A stretch of 63,085 bases of DNA, filler included, from Octopus bimaculoides (GCF_001194135.2; 8 parts of 8 records of this genome joined end to end with filler, not necessarily neighbours in it); one strand, 5' to 3'; positions 41,058 to 54,048 are shown, counted from the whole stretch's first letter. Notes: generated by a model from the letters alone, not told the origin. Made by a program: numbers and translations.

Positions 41058-41185
41058 AGTGAGTGGACTGGACCAACGTGAAATGAAGTATTCTGCTGAA
41101 GAGCACAAAGCATCACCCGGACGAGGAATCGAAACTGCAATCTTACGATCATCTGTGCAACGCCCCTAAATACGAAGCCACAGAT
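41058..41185 (-). mobile_element. tRNA-derived CORE-like SINE
   Basis: The reverse complement has the B box GTTTCGATTCC and TTTGTGCTCTTCAGCAGAATAC; homologous to 16753. Confidence 0.65.
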
Positions 41186-41194
41186 TCCGCGTAA

Positions 41195-41426
41195 TATTGG
41201 GTTGTCAAGAAAGTTCATGCCGATTTTTAAAGGACAGAAAAAGATCAATAAATACTTGCCATTACATTTTTACTCAACCAAATATGAACCATTTCGTTGC
41301 ACAATGCGTCTCCATCTTTCCTTTAACTTGAAAATACCCCTTTCCTAGAACTGAAGCAGTTTCGTGGCAAATAAGTCGAAAGGTAAGCTACTATAACTCG
41401 GCACGAACTTTCCGGACAACCCAATA
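41195..41426. mobile_element. 232-bp mariner-derived MITE
   Basis: About 29-bp TIRs TATTGGGTTGTCAAGAAAGTTCATGCCGA and TCGGCACGAACTTTCCGGACAACCCAATA, with TA ends. The interior (minus strand) encodes the transposase C-terminus GIFKLKERWRRIVQRNGSYLVE*. Confidence 0.9.
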
Positions 41427-42988
41427 TATTTAATAAACTAAAATGCTTAGTTGATGAGTTTCGAACACAGAGCATCGTGGGACACAGCACTTGGTTTCCA
41501 AGACGGCTTCAGACCTGTCTGGCTTTTGGAACAGTTCATTATTAGAGCCATTTTGTTATAATAGATGTCTAAAAAGACAGGTTACACTCGACCACAAACC
41601 TCCTAATTGCGGTTAGTGTTTGGGCTGTGAAGATTTTCTGTACTTCCCATTCTCATCCCGGTAAAGTTGTTAAAATTAGGTATATATGCATACATACATA
41701 CATACAAGCACAAATACATACACACATACACACATACACACATACATACATACATACATGCATACATACATACATGCATTCCATCCAAGATGTTAAAGTC
41801 AATAGCTATCAGAAATGCTCGTGTCTTGCACAATAACGTCTTGGACAACACCGCTAAAACTCTCAGCAATGAAGCTAAATAGTCCGCAAGCAAGCAAGAC
41901 CAAGATTTCCGGATTTGCAATGTTATTTCAGAATATCCTTCTCCAAGAGAGATGTCTAAACAAACACCAGGGGTCTCTCACTCTCCGCTGCTGGATGGCC
42001 GTTAAATCTATTGAGTTCATTCACTCTTTCACAGGCCTCAGTCTTCCTCCTGCAGGACATATAACATACGCACGTACCTCTATGTTTTAATGAGTGCGTG
42101 TGTGTGTATGTATATAAATATATGTATATAAGTATGTATGTATATNNNNNNNNNNNNNNNNNNNNNNNNNNNNNNNNNNNNNNNNNNNNNNNNNNNNNNN
42201 NNNNNNNNNNNNNNNNNNNNNNNNNNNNNNNNNNNNNNNNNNNNNNNNNNNNNNNNNNNNNNNNNNNNNNNNNNNNNNNNNNNNNNNNNNNNNNNNNNNN
42301 NNNNNNNNNNNNNNNNNNNNNNNNNNNNNNNNNNNNNNNNNNNNNNNNNNNNNNNNNNNNNNNNNNNNNNNNNNNNNNNNNNNNNNNNNNNNNNNNNNNN
42401 NNNNNNNNNNNNNNNNNNNNNNNNNNNNNNNNNNNNNNNNNNNNNNNNNNNNNNNNNNNNNNNNNNNNNNNNNNNNNNNNNNNNNNNNNNNNNNNNNNNN
42501 NNNNNNNNNNNNNNNNNNNNNNNNNNNNNNNNNNNNNNNNNNNNNNNNNNNNNNNNNNNNNNNNNNNNNNNNNNNNNNNNNNNNNNNNNNNNNNNNNNNN
42601 NNNNNNNNNNNNNNNNNNNNNNNNNNNNNNNNNNNNNNNNNNNNNNNNNNNNNNNNNNNNNNNNNNNNNNNNNNNNNNNNNNNNNNNNNNNNNNNNNNNN
42701 NNNNNNNNNNNNNNNNNNNNNNNNNNNNNNNNNNNNNNNNNNNNNNNNNNNNNNNNNNNNNNNNNNNNNNNNNNNNNNNNNNNNNNNNNNNNNNNNNNNN
42801 NNNNNNNNNNNNNNNNNNNNNNNNNNNNNNNNNNNNNNNNNNNNNNNNNNNNNNNNNNNNNNNNNNNNNNNNNNNNNNNNNNNNNNNNNNNNNNNNNNNN
42901 NNNNNNNNNNNNNNNNNNNNNNNNNNNNNNNNNNNNNNNNNNNNNNNNNNNNNNNNNNNNNNNNNNNNNNNNNNNNNNNNNNNNNNNN

Positions 42989-43023
<35 letters not shown>

Positions 43024-43461
43024 TGTACATATACATATACATACATATATACATACATATATAATACATACATATATATATACAGACATATATACAGAAC
43101 GCACATACAGATAGAACTTGGACATATACGTATACATTGTCATACACACACATACACACGGAAAGGTGAATAACTTATAAACAGAAAATATGCCATCAAA
43201 CCGCTCTCATACATTTGAAATATTAAATACATATTTTTCATTAAAATATATATTATTCATAATAAATACATATTATAGATAACTATATTACATAAACATA
43301 TACTAGAAAAAGTTTATGTTTCATATATTATATATAACATTTTTATTAGGATGAAAAATGTATTTCATTCGTTTTATTTTTGGCATTTTTTTCTCTTTTG
43401 GCATCATTTATATATATTTTCGTTAGTTATGATTTATTTTCGTTAGTTATGATTTATAATT

Positions 43462-43492
<31 letters not shown>

Positions 43493-45311
43493 ATATAAAA
43501 ATATATGTGTGCATGTGTATATGTACAGCTATATGTATACGTATGCGTAAATATATATATACATGTGTGTGTGCAAGTATGTACCTGTGTATTGTTCATA
43601 CGTGTGCAAGTGAACGATTGCTTACGTAGATATATTTATGCGTGTGGATGTGTATTTGCTGTGTTTTAGTGCTTTTATTTATTTCATTTTGTTATGAATC
43701 ACATTCGTTATTGTTGTTGTTGTTGCTTAATACAGAATAACTTTGATTGATAGAGTGAATGTATGACCAAAGTGTTCCAAGCATGGCCGTCTCACCTTAT
43801 TTTAAGTAAATCAGGGGCTACATCCTATAATACATTTTACCAGAAATATTTACCCCACTCCATCCCCACCCCAGCAATGCTTAATGGTTATTTGGCGCAC
43901 ACAACTACATATAAAATGATGTCACATATTTACAAGAAGAGGGCTGAAAAGAGTAGCAATACCGTTTCCTCCGTTGCGCGTTTGGATCTTCTGGAGACGG
44001 ATCCGTTGTAAAGATACATTGCAGTTTCAATCCAATGCCGATACAATCAACCAAAAGCTTGCAACACGTTATGGAACGCGTAGAGGGGAACACAAATGAT
44101 GTATGTCCCAGGTCTTCGAAGCAGGTCCAGGAGAAAAGCAGATATAAGTCAATTTTCTAATAGTAAATTTAGAAAACTTTCCTTTTTGTTTCCCCTACCC
44201 TTTAAAAGCCATCCTGCACCCATGAGATTTGCTGTCCCCCCAGAATGGAAACCCATAGTCTAATATGTATATATGTACATGTGAGTGTGTGAGTGTGTGT
44301 GTTTTAAGACGAGGTGGAATTTGAGCAGAAAGTGGGTCATGGTGGCCGTACTTAGTCTCTGCGAGCAGAGTACAAACCCCGCGGGGACGGATTTTGATTT
44401 TCAGTCTTTCGGGATTGATAAAAGAGAGGATCAATGCAAAGCCGTTTGTTGACAGAAATGTCGAGCAAAATGTCTTGCTATTGTCCTTTCCGGTTCTTTC
44501 TCTTCTGATAGTAAAGCTTGCTACGATGATGAATCTAAGCTGTGCAGACCCAAGTTCGGCGGCTTTCCTTTCGGATAAACAACTATGATTTGTAGAAGGG
44601 AGACATCCAAGGCTGGGGAACAGTCAGTCTTCCTCAAATGAACCTTGCTCCGACTGGCGCATACCTGTGTATGCCCTGACGAAAGTCCTCAGAATTTTTT
44701 TCATACGATAACAAGTATCTGGGGGAAATTAACTGCTATTTCTCACACGTGAAATGATTCGATAAATGCCGTCTCGTTAGGTTGTGTTATCTGTATGGTT
44801 TCACGCTGTGTAGGCTGACGTAACAGATAGTAAGAAGGAAGCAGGGTCTTGGTGCCTGTTTTATTATCTATTTAAAGTGATAGAGTGCACGCGCAGCGAC
44901 AGCGGTGGTGGTGGTGGTGGTGGTTTTGGTGGTGGTGGTGGCGGCGGCGATGTAGGCGGTGGTTATGGTGGTGGAGACGGCAGTGATGTATATTGGTTGT
45001 TGTTGCTGTTATAAATGCCGGCGAACCCTGTGGAATTTGCACGTGTTCGTTGGCATATATATAATACCATTTTTCCATATTATGTATACAAGCATAAATA
45101 GATAAATAAATAAATAAATATAAATATATATTTATATATATTTACATAATATATATATATATATTATATATATTATATATGTATATGTATATATAATATA
45201 TATATTATAATATATATATAACATATATACATATATATACATATATATATATACACACACATACACATATATATATATATACACATATATATATATATGC
45301 ATATATATATA

Positions 45312-45350
<39 letters not shown>

Positions 45351-45914
45351 NNNNNNNNNNNNNNNNNNNNNNNNNNNNNNNNNNNNNNNNNNNNTTAATT
45401 AATTAANNNNNNNNNNNNNNNNNNNNNNNNNNNNNNNNNNNNNNNNNNNNCTTAATGTGACTGGGTTGACCCTTTAAATTGCATAAAAGAGTGTGTGTGT
45501 GTGTATATATATATATCTATATATATATATATATATAAAGTAGTTGTATACTGCCAACTTAACGTGACAGTCCCAATCAGGGAATATACTACTGCTGTTT
45601 AGCCCTAGACTGCTTCCTATTAGGCCTTGACACATTTCCTGTGCACTTATTCTTATGAGGGGGAGAGAAACTCCTCCACCCAGCCTACTCTGCATTCAGG
45701 GACATATTTCTGAGTCTTTGCTCGTCATCAGCCTGAAGTCGCACGACTGGCTAGATGAAGAAGTCCGTCTCACTCTCGCAAGGATATACTATTTCAGTGA
45801 AATACATTCACTGGTTACAAAAATTAGAAATAACGAATTTCTAAATCTCTTAGTGAGACTTAAGCAGTAATGATGCGGTAAAGTAATTGTATACTGCCAC
45901 ATTGAAATGTGTGT

Positions 45915-46025
45915 GTATGTATCATCTTCATCATCGTTTAACGTCTGCCTTCCATGCTAGCATGGGTTGGACGATTTGACTGAGGACTGGCGAACCAGAT
46001 GGCTGCACCAGGCTCCAATCTGATG
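45915..46025 (-). mobile_element. 3' end of an RTE-related retroposon with a (GAT)n tail
   Basis: CATCATCGTTTAACGTCTGCCTTCCATGCTAGCATGGGTTGGACG; homologous to 46428. Confidence 0.7.
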
Positions 46026-46064
46026 ATAATGATGTGTCTAATTTTATACGTGGCACGTATAAAA

Positions 46065-46190
46065 GTGGTTGGCATCAGGAAGAGTGTGCAGCTGTAGAAG
46101 AAACCATATGTCCATAACGGACAGTTGGAGTCTGGACAGCTCCTGTCAAGCCATGCCAGGACGGAAGACAGATGTTAAGTGCTGACGATG
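46065..46190 (+). mobile_element. Fragment of the same retroposon family in opposite orientation
   Basis: GGTTGGCATCAGGAAGAGTGTGCAGCTGTAGAA...CAAGCCATGCCAGGACGGAAGACAGATGTTAA. Confidence 0.6.
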
Positions 46191-46427
46191 AATGTGTCTG
46201 CTTGATTATGCTTTTGTCAGCATTGACCGATTTGGGTGTGAGAGAGAGAGAAAGGGGAGATGTAGACGATTTGACAATCTGTTTGTAATTGCTTGGCACG
46301 TTCTGACCAGCAAGATCAAATGCAGCTAATTTAGATATTTTCAAGAAAGTAGAATAAACATTTACATAAAAGAGTAGTAATTTAGTTTTTATTAGTTGCT
46401 TGTCATATTACAGCTGAGGACAGTCGC

Positions 46428-46895
46428 CATCATCATCATCATTGTTTAATGTCTGTGTTTCCATGCTGGCATGGGTTGGACGGTTTGACTGGGGACTGGC
46501 ATGCTAGGAGGCCATACCAGGTTCCAATCCGATCTGGCAGTGTTTCTACGGCTGGTTGTCCCCTTCCTGACGCCAACCACTCTGAGAGTGTAGTGGGTGC
46601 TCTTTACGTGCCACTGGCTCGGGGAGCCAGTCAGGCGGCACTGGCATCAGCCACATTCAGATGGTGCATTTTATGTGCTACCAGCACAGGAGCCATTCGG
46701 GGCGGGGGAACTGGCATCGACCACATTGGGATAGTGCTTTTTACGTGCCACCGGCTTGGGGAGCCAGTCAGGCGGCACTGGCAACGACCCACGCATGCAT
46801 GGTGCTTATTGCATGTCACCAGCACAGGAGCCAGTCAGGCGGCCCTGGCATCGGCCACAACTACAATTTCCATTTGATTGTGGTTTGATTTGATC
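46428..46895 (-). mobile_element. RTE-related non-autonomous retroposon with internal tandem repeats
   Basis: (CAT)n tail at the left; CCCTTCCTGACGCCAACC motif; about four repeats of GGAGCCAGTCAGGCGGCACTGGCA. Confidence 0.7.
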
Positions 46896-46951
46896 TCAAT
46901 GTGTATATACAATGTACAATATATGTATATGTGTGTATATATTTTGTTATA

Positions 46952-47110
46952 TTTTTTTAACTTGTTTCAGTCATTTTGACTGTGGTCATGCTGGAGCACT
47001 ACTGCCTTTTAGTCAAAATCAACCCCTGGAATTATTCCTTTTATGCCTGGTACTTATTCTGTCGGTCACATTTGCCGAACTGCTGTGTTTGTTCTGTTCC
47101 AACAAAGCTA
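46952..47110 (-). mobile_element. SINE tail module
   Basis: TTGTTTCAGTCATTTTGACTGTGGTCATGCTGGAGCACTAC...GTACTTATTCTGTCGGTCACATTTGCCGAACTGC. Confidence 0.75.
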
Positions 47111-48524
47111 TGTACTGCAACCATGACCATCCACTCTGACCTCTTTTACCAGTGTCGTCTCCCCTCCCTTTTAGATGGTGAGGGGAGGCCGGGTAGAATC
47201 CGGCTGCTATTTCTAGCACTTTAATTAACCCTGCAGTGGCTCTCGTGTATCTAGAAAGAGAGGAAGATATTTGCTTACTTGAGAGTTTTTTCTAGATTAA
47301 ACGACATGTGAGTGCACTAGCTGAGAGGAAAAGTCGCGAGCGAGTGGCACCCGACGGGGGTGGGGGGTGGGGGCTGGCAAGCTGGTGGCACGGGGAGGTG
47401 AGCAGGGCTGCTTCTATTATAAATCACAATCTCGTTTGACATTAACGATAATTTTATTGATCCTGTAATTGAAATGCTTTTAACTGTCTCATTTAAAAGC
47501 AATTGGTCATGAAGGTAGTTATTTGATACGTGTGTGTGTGTCTGCAAGCATGTATATATGCATCTGTATATCTGTACATGTACAGATATGTATGTGTGTG
47601 TGTGTGTGTGTGTGTGTNNNNNNNNNNNNNNNNNNNNNNNNNNNNNNNNNNNNNNNNNNNNTTAATTAATTAANNNNNNNNNNNNNNNNNNNNNNNNNNN
47701 NNNNNNNNNNNNNNNNNGCGCATACTTTCCTTCATAATTACATGCATGTATACATACCGGCATACATGAAGAAAACTTACATTCGTAGTTACATACATGA
47801 ATACGTACGTATACATTCCTGTACAGATATACACATAGATTATGAAACACATTTTCATTAATAATACATACACAGTCGCATCATCACAGCAACTATATAC
47901 ACACGTGTGTGAATTATTGAACATGCAATTACCAATTTCTTGCAGTTTCAACAACTTCAATGGAATCTCTGTTGTGTGAAGAGAATATTTCTACCAATTC
48001 GAAACTTTAATAAGATATTGGAAACACTTCTAGACTTGAGTAAAATATTATGGAATATTTGCGCCTCCACGTCATTGTTTAGCGCAAATTATGTCATCTT
48101 GGGGAAAACAGATGTTAGAGCAATGTGTCCTAACCACAATGGTTTCGTCTGTTAAATTTTCATATTGCTATTTGCCTCACTGTATAAAACTCCAGAACGT
48201 TCTGTCGCGACAGCAGACGTTTTTTTTAACATGACTATGGATTAAATTGCGTGATCCGTGATAGATTTAGAGTTGCAAAGCATAGCTATCCTTCTCAAGC
48301 GTGTTTTGTTGATAGATTTAAACGTGATTGAATTGCTGGATTAAAATCCACACTGGTTGAGTAGACCGGTAGCAGGATCTTGATTATTGAGAGAATCAAA
48401 ACCGATGATAATGCAACGAAGCATCACTGGTCACAGGCCAACGTACCCCGGAAGGTGATGCATGAAAACACAAAAATAAATATTGCTTTCAAATTTTGGC
48501 ACAAGTCCAGCAAGTTTGCAGGGA

Positions 48525-48615
48525 GTGTATAAGTGGATTACATTGGCTGCAGTTTTCAACTGGTACTTATTTTATCAGCCCCGAAAGGATAAAAGGCAAA
48601 GTCTTTACGTTTTCC
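48525..48615 (-). mobile_element. Deu/Nin-like SINE segment
   Basis: CAACTGGTACTTATTTTATCAGCCCCGAAAGGATAAAAGGCAAAGTC. Confidence 0.65.
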
Positions 48616-50516
48616 TCCGTATATAATCTTCCGATGGACATAAGCTCTTCATCAATGACGTGTCGTAAACTCATTGGGCTTTCTGTTCTTTAGTAATCAA
48701 ACTTCCTCTTCCAGGCGACCGATCTAGGCGTTCATGAAGCCCCAGCGTTTCAATAACGCTTAAATATAATAGCGAATTTACGGTGAATGTTACCAATTCA
48801 TACATGATTGCTTTGCTCTGTAGCAATGTCAGGGATTAAACATGTTGATCCGCAGAAATGATGATTCGATCGTTGCTGACTTCATAGATAACGTTATGGA
48901 ATAGTATAGGTGTGTAATAAATTCCATTTCAACTGACTAAATATCGTTGGAAGTAATAACATTGCCCCAAAACCTATCTGCTGGGGCTATAAACATACTT
49001 AGATATTAACTCTGGAAAGTTCTTTTCATACATAATCCTCCAATGCAAGAAAGTATATTGTTGGTGTTGTTTCTAAGTGCATCAGAAAATGATAATAAAT
49101 AATCACAAATATTTCCAGAATTAATTTCTGTGTATTGTTTTAGCCCTAGAAGAAAGATCTTTGGATAATGTTATTCCATCCACGATCATTTCAGTAGTTG
49201 AAGCATAATTTGTCTCAGAATCTACAATTGCAACAGTTTGGCTATCAGAGCGACCAACTTTTGTTTCAATGTGTCGGCAGATGAGGAGCTGTGATTTCTG
49301 GAACGAGTAATGCTACACGAGGTTGTGCTAACAAGAATCTAGCATATTTTTCATCAACACTAACAGTGTCGCTTCAGTAAGAGAGATTGATTCTTGAAAG
49401 GCCCGAAAGTTTCAGTAACAAAAGGAAATATCACCAAATATGTATCGTCATGTATTGAAATATGATGTACCAACAACAACATAAATATTCCCAGAGTATG
49501 CCTGTTTATTTTCCACACCCGGCAGATATATCTTGCAGTAATATTATTTTATTTATGACTTTTTCGTCGATTCAAGCGTAATTTGTCTCCGACTCTAGAA
49601 TTTTACGGTGTTAGTTATAGGAGCATCAAGGATTTTCTTAAACACGGCCTGTGCATCAGGATGCATCATTCCTGGCAGAGATAGTGCTAACATAATACAA
49701 GCTGGCTTTTGATCAATCCTTACTGCATTGCCAGGGGGGAAAATCTGTTGCTTGAAAAACTCCAAACACCCTAATAGGATTATGAGGTATTTTCGTGCAT
49801 CAAAATAAATTGTATGAGAAAACATACATTAATATTCTAATAATCGATAATTTTTGCATATGTGTCTTGCCACAGCACAGAGGCGGCCAGAACTTAGAAC
49901 AATATTATTTCATCCATGGTCATTTCATTACTTCAAGTATAATATGCCACAGACTATATAATTTTGAAATATTGTCTACGGAGAAAGTAAATATTGCTTC
50001 AACATGCTGGTGGATCGGGATGTGTGAAAACTGACACATGTAGAGCTACACGAGGTAATACAAACTGGACACCAATTTTTATTGAATAAACCGCGACTGA
50101 CTCGTTTGGCTGAGAAAATTAAATTAAAAACAAGAAATCCCAAATAATACAAGGAAGCTTCACTGATGATGTACCTACGTGCATCGGAAATTGATGAATT
50201 CTTAAATTGGAGTTGCTTGTATCCATTTGACACGGTACATTTTTAGGCAAAGTCATGCAATTTTATTACACACTATACCAAGTTTAAGTTCTGAATACTT
50301 CTTGTGTTTCTTAACAATGGTAGAATGGTAAATCGTGGAAATCATAGTTTACGCCTCTGGCGACAAATCATCTACAACACACGTGTAGAGCGTTAGGCGA
50401 ATTCTGGTATCCATATCTTTACAAGCCAATGCTTGAATTTCTGATGAATTAAAACCGATGTTTGGTGAGAACCAGATTATTCACTTACTATAAGTTTCAG
50501 GGCATTAATGAGTATG

Positions 50517-50548
<32 letters not shown>

Positions 50549-50549
50549 A

Positions 50550-50588
<39 letters not shown>

Positions 50589-50765
50589 TATGAGTATATA
50601 TATATATATGTACGGATATATACATACATATATATATNNNNNNNNNNNNNNNNNNNNNNNNNNNNNNNNNNNNNNNNNNNNTTAATTAATTAANNNNNNN
50701 NNNNNNNNNNNNNNNNNNNNNNNNNNNNNNNNNNNNNTATATATATATATATATATATATACATT

Positions 50766-50797
<32 letters not shown>

Positions 50798-51301
50798 TAC
50801 CAATGCTTCTTTGAACAATCTAAATATCGAATCAGTTGTCAGTAAAGTAGACACATTCGTCTCCATTTGTGGCGAAACAGATCAAACAGGCGGTGACTTT
50901 TCTATTTTTTAGAGAGATTAATGTCCGAATTTTAGGAGACAGTTGACAAATTATGTTCGGAATTTAGGTCTGGCATTCCTGCTGTTATTTGTTAAAGGAG
51001 TCAACCGTTACGTAATCGGGTGATTGAGCAAATACAGCAAGAAAACTCACCTGACTTGTTCTATTAAACAAAACCAACTCCACAATTAAATGCTTTGTGA
51101 TACACTTCAATATCGTATTGAGTTTCTTAATCTGAGAGGTTTGACGATGCATGGAATGGTATAAGTTACTTCAGTCGTCCACCTCTGCTGTTACTAAATC
51201 TACTAACCATTATTAAGTTTCCTCTGATCCTGTACTTATCTCAGTGATTCTACCTCGGGAGAGACCTACAAATATTTACCTTTAGTGAATGAACACATAT
51301 A

Positions 51302-51358
<57 letters not shown>

Positions 51359-51780
51359 ACTACGTATATAAAGGTATCTTATTTCATGTATCAATGAACC
51401 TGAGAGTAACAATGTGGCCCACACCATATTTTCATGTCTGTGAACAATGGAGTCTTCGATTCAATCACATTGCACAGCAGTGGCGCAGCAATCTGGTAAA
51501 ATAGTGTCCTGAGTGGGATTGGATGAATGGAAACTGTTTGGAAGCCCGACTTATATATATATATACATGTTTGTATTTATATACATGTGTTTATACATAT
51601 ATACATAATTATGCGTGTGTGTGTTGCTATACATACATAATTGTACCTGTGTGTTGGTATAAACGTGTATACACACGTGAATGCAACTATATGCATGAGA
51701 AGACAATCATGGAACAAAGCATATACATATGCTCGTATACATACATGCATGCAAAAATATCCTGCTGTTGTTGTTGTTGT

Positions 51781-52190
51781 TGAAATTCCGATGAAGGAAC
51801 CTTGGATCTAGGTTAGAAACCAGCCCTTTCTCTCTTGGCAAGAAATCTTGAAATAAAACTGATAAGGACATACACACATACGTACATACATACATACATA
51901 CATTCATGCATACATACATGCATATATATTATTCTCTAGCAAAAAGACAATGGACAGTGACTTCGAAGTTTAAGCCAGTTAAACCATCGTCGGACTACAA
52001 TCTTGTGTAACATCAATAAATTTGTATTCTTCAAAAGTATAGTATACACACACACACACACACACGCATACACACACATATATATGTAGGTATGTATGTC
52101 ATTGTTCAGTTGTATTTGAAGATTTCTTGCTAACAGAGAAAGAGCCGGTTTCTAACCTAGATCGAAGGTTCCTTCATTGTAATTTCAACA
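51781..52190. repeat. Inverted pair of ~95-bp dispersed repeats (51781-51873 and 52094-52190)
   Basis: GAAATTCCGATGAAGGAACCTTGGATCTAGGTTAGAAACCAGCCC...AAGAAATCTTGAAATAAAACTGA and its reverse complement about 220 bp downstream. Confidence 0.85.
51953..51998 (-). ncRNA. Hammerhead-like motif, family B, core-mutated copy
   Basis: The reverse complement reads GTAGT-CCGACGA-T-GGT[TTAACTG]GCT-TAA-ACTTCGAAGT-C-ACTGTC. G12 is mutated to T; stem I GTAGT/ACTGT can pair. Confidence 0.5.
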
Positions 52191-52249
52191 CAAACAAGGG
52201 CGTATGTATATATATGTATGTATGTATCTGTCTATGTGTATATGTGTCT

Positions 52250-52445
52250 TTGTGTTTGTGTTTGTCTCCTATCACCGCTTGACAATCGGTTTTGGTGAGT
52301 TTGGATCCCTGTAACCTAGCGGATCGGCAAAATAAATACTTGGCTTCAAAAACCTCAGGACTGGGATTGATTCATTCGTCTAAAAATTCCTCAAGGCGGT
52401 GCCCCTGCATGGCTATAGTCTGGGTGAAACATGTAAAAGATGAAA
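52250..52445 (+). mobile_element. SINE tail module
   Basis: CACCGCTTGACAATCGG...CCTGTAACCTAGCGGATCGGCAAAA...AAGGCGGTGCCCCTGCATGGCTATAGTC. Confidence 0.75.
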
Positions 52446-52880
52446 GCTAAATATTGCGAAAAGAATTAGGTCAGTTGCTCTACCGATTCTAGCATGGCGA
52501 TGATTATTGAAAACTAAATAAAAAGTGCAGTTCTGAAAAAATGCGCGAAAGCAGTCACAGAAAAGAATCTGTTGAAAAGGGTTGGATATTTACAATTGAG
52601 TTGGTGGGGGGGGGGGTCAAAGAACATATAACAAGTCTGTAGATATAATAAACAGAAAATGATATTGTTAATTAGAGTATTATTAGGAAAGGTCAGGAGG
52701 GGAAGGTAACAGAATATCTGTCAACGATATTGTATGAATGGGACAGAGATGAGCGTCAGAGAAACTTCTGACATGCAAAACAATGGCTCTTTAGAGAGAA
52801 ATTCCACGAAACAAAAATATTTCATTCTCCACGCTTGGTTTTTTGGTACATCAGGAAACAGGGGTAGATATGTTCTCTCT

Positions 52881-52936
<56 letters not shown>

Positions 52937-53068
52937 NNNNNNNNNNTCTCGCTTTTCTCTCTTCTCTCTCTCTCTCTCTTCTCTCTCTTCTCTCTCTCTC
53001 TTTCTCTCTCTATTCTCTCTCTCCCTCTCTCTCTTCGTTTCTGCCGCTCTGAAACATACCACTTATGC

Positions 53069-53118
<50 letters not shown>

Positions 53119-53448
53119 GACACACACATACATGCACAGGCATGATTGTATATACAATTTTATTCATGTTTAAGTGAATACAAGTGTGTGTGTATATATG
53201 TGTGTGTATATGTATGCATGTACATGTGTATTTGTATACGTATGAATGTAATATACATGTATAAGCATCAAATATATAAATCTAATTTCACATTAAACTG
53301 AAAAATTATTATTTTTTTAGTAGTACATTATTTATTAAGTTTTACAGTGAAAACGTTGACAGGGATTTCGAAATTTTTGCTTTATTGCTTTCATCAGACA
53401 GGCTGAAACTTCGAAGTTACTGTTAATCGTTCCTTGTAAGTGTTAATA

Positions 53449-53494
<46 letters not shown>

Positions 53495-53924
53495 CATACA
53501 TATATACAATTACGCGCACACACACACAGATACACACACATGCACACGCGCACACAAACATGATGAACTTATCCCTGTACTTTTGTATTGGTATACACGT
53601 GTGATATGTGTGTGAACGTTAATGTACCTGCACTCCACCCATGCCACTCATGGTATAACAATCGTTGCCGGTTTACCACCGTTAACTCTTCGTAATTGGA
53701 ATTTAATTTTAGTTTAACTACCAAAATTTCTGCTTCACCACTTGAATAAAAGATCTTTCAGTTGAAGAAGTGCATGATGCGGAGGGAAGAAAGTGAACAG
53801 AAGGAAAAGATGAAAGAGATAAGGAAAGGAAGCGGGCGAAATAAGGGAGAAAAGAATCACAAGAAATGAAGTTCTTTTGTTTAGAAAATAATCTTTTCTG
53901 CTGTAGGCACAAACCCCGAAATTT

Positions 53925-54045
53925 TGAGGGAGGGAGCCAGTCGATTAGATCCACCCCAGTACGCAGCTGGTACTTAATTTATCGACTCCGAAAGGATCAA
54001 TGGCAAAGTCGGCCTCAGAGAAATTTGAACTCAGAACGTAAAATC
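53925..54045 (-). mobile_element. SINE segment with B box and Deu/Nin-like domain
   Basis: The reverse complement reads GAGTTCAAATTTCTCTGAGGCCGACTTTGCCATTGATCCTTTCGGAGTCGATAAATTAAGTACCAG. Confidence 0.75.
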
Positions 54046-54048
54046 AGC

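Noticed and set aside
46615-46860. CRISPR-like repeat-spacer array
   Set aside because: The context is eukaryotic, the repeats are degenerate, the spacers are mutually related and no cas genes are present. It is an internal tandem repeat of a retroposon.
50163-50202. CTGATGA-hairpin-GAAA candidate
   Set aside because: Three extra bases lie between stem II and GAAA, and there is no stem I.
51041-51135. Minus-strand donor GTGAGT with a 27-codon open stretch (similar donor near 58025)
   Set aside because: The peptide does not resemble the NOL4 N-terminus, and such splice-like sites are expected by chance.
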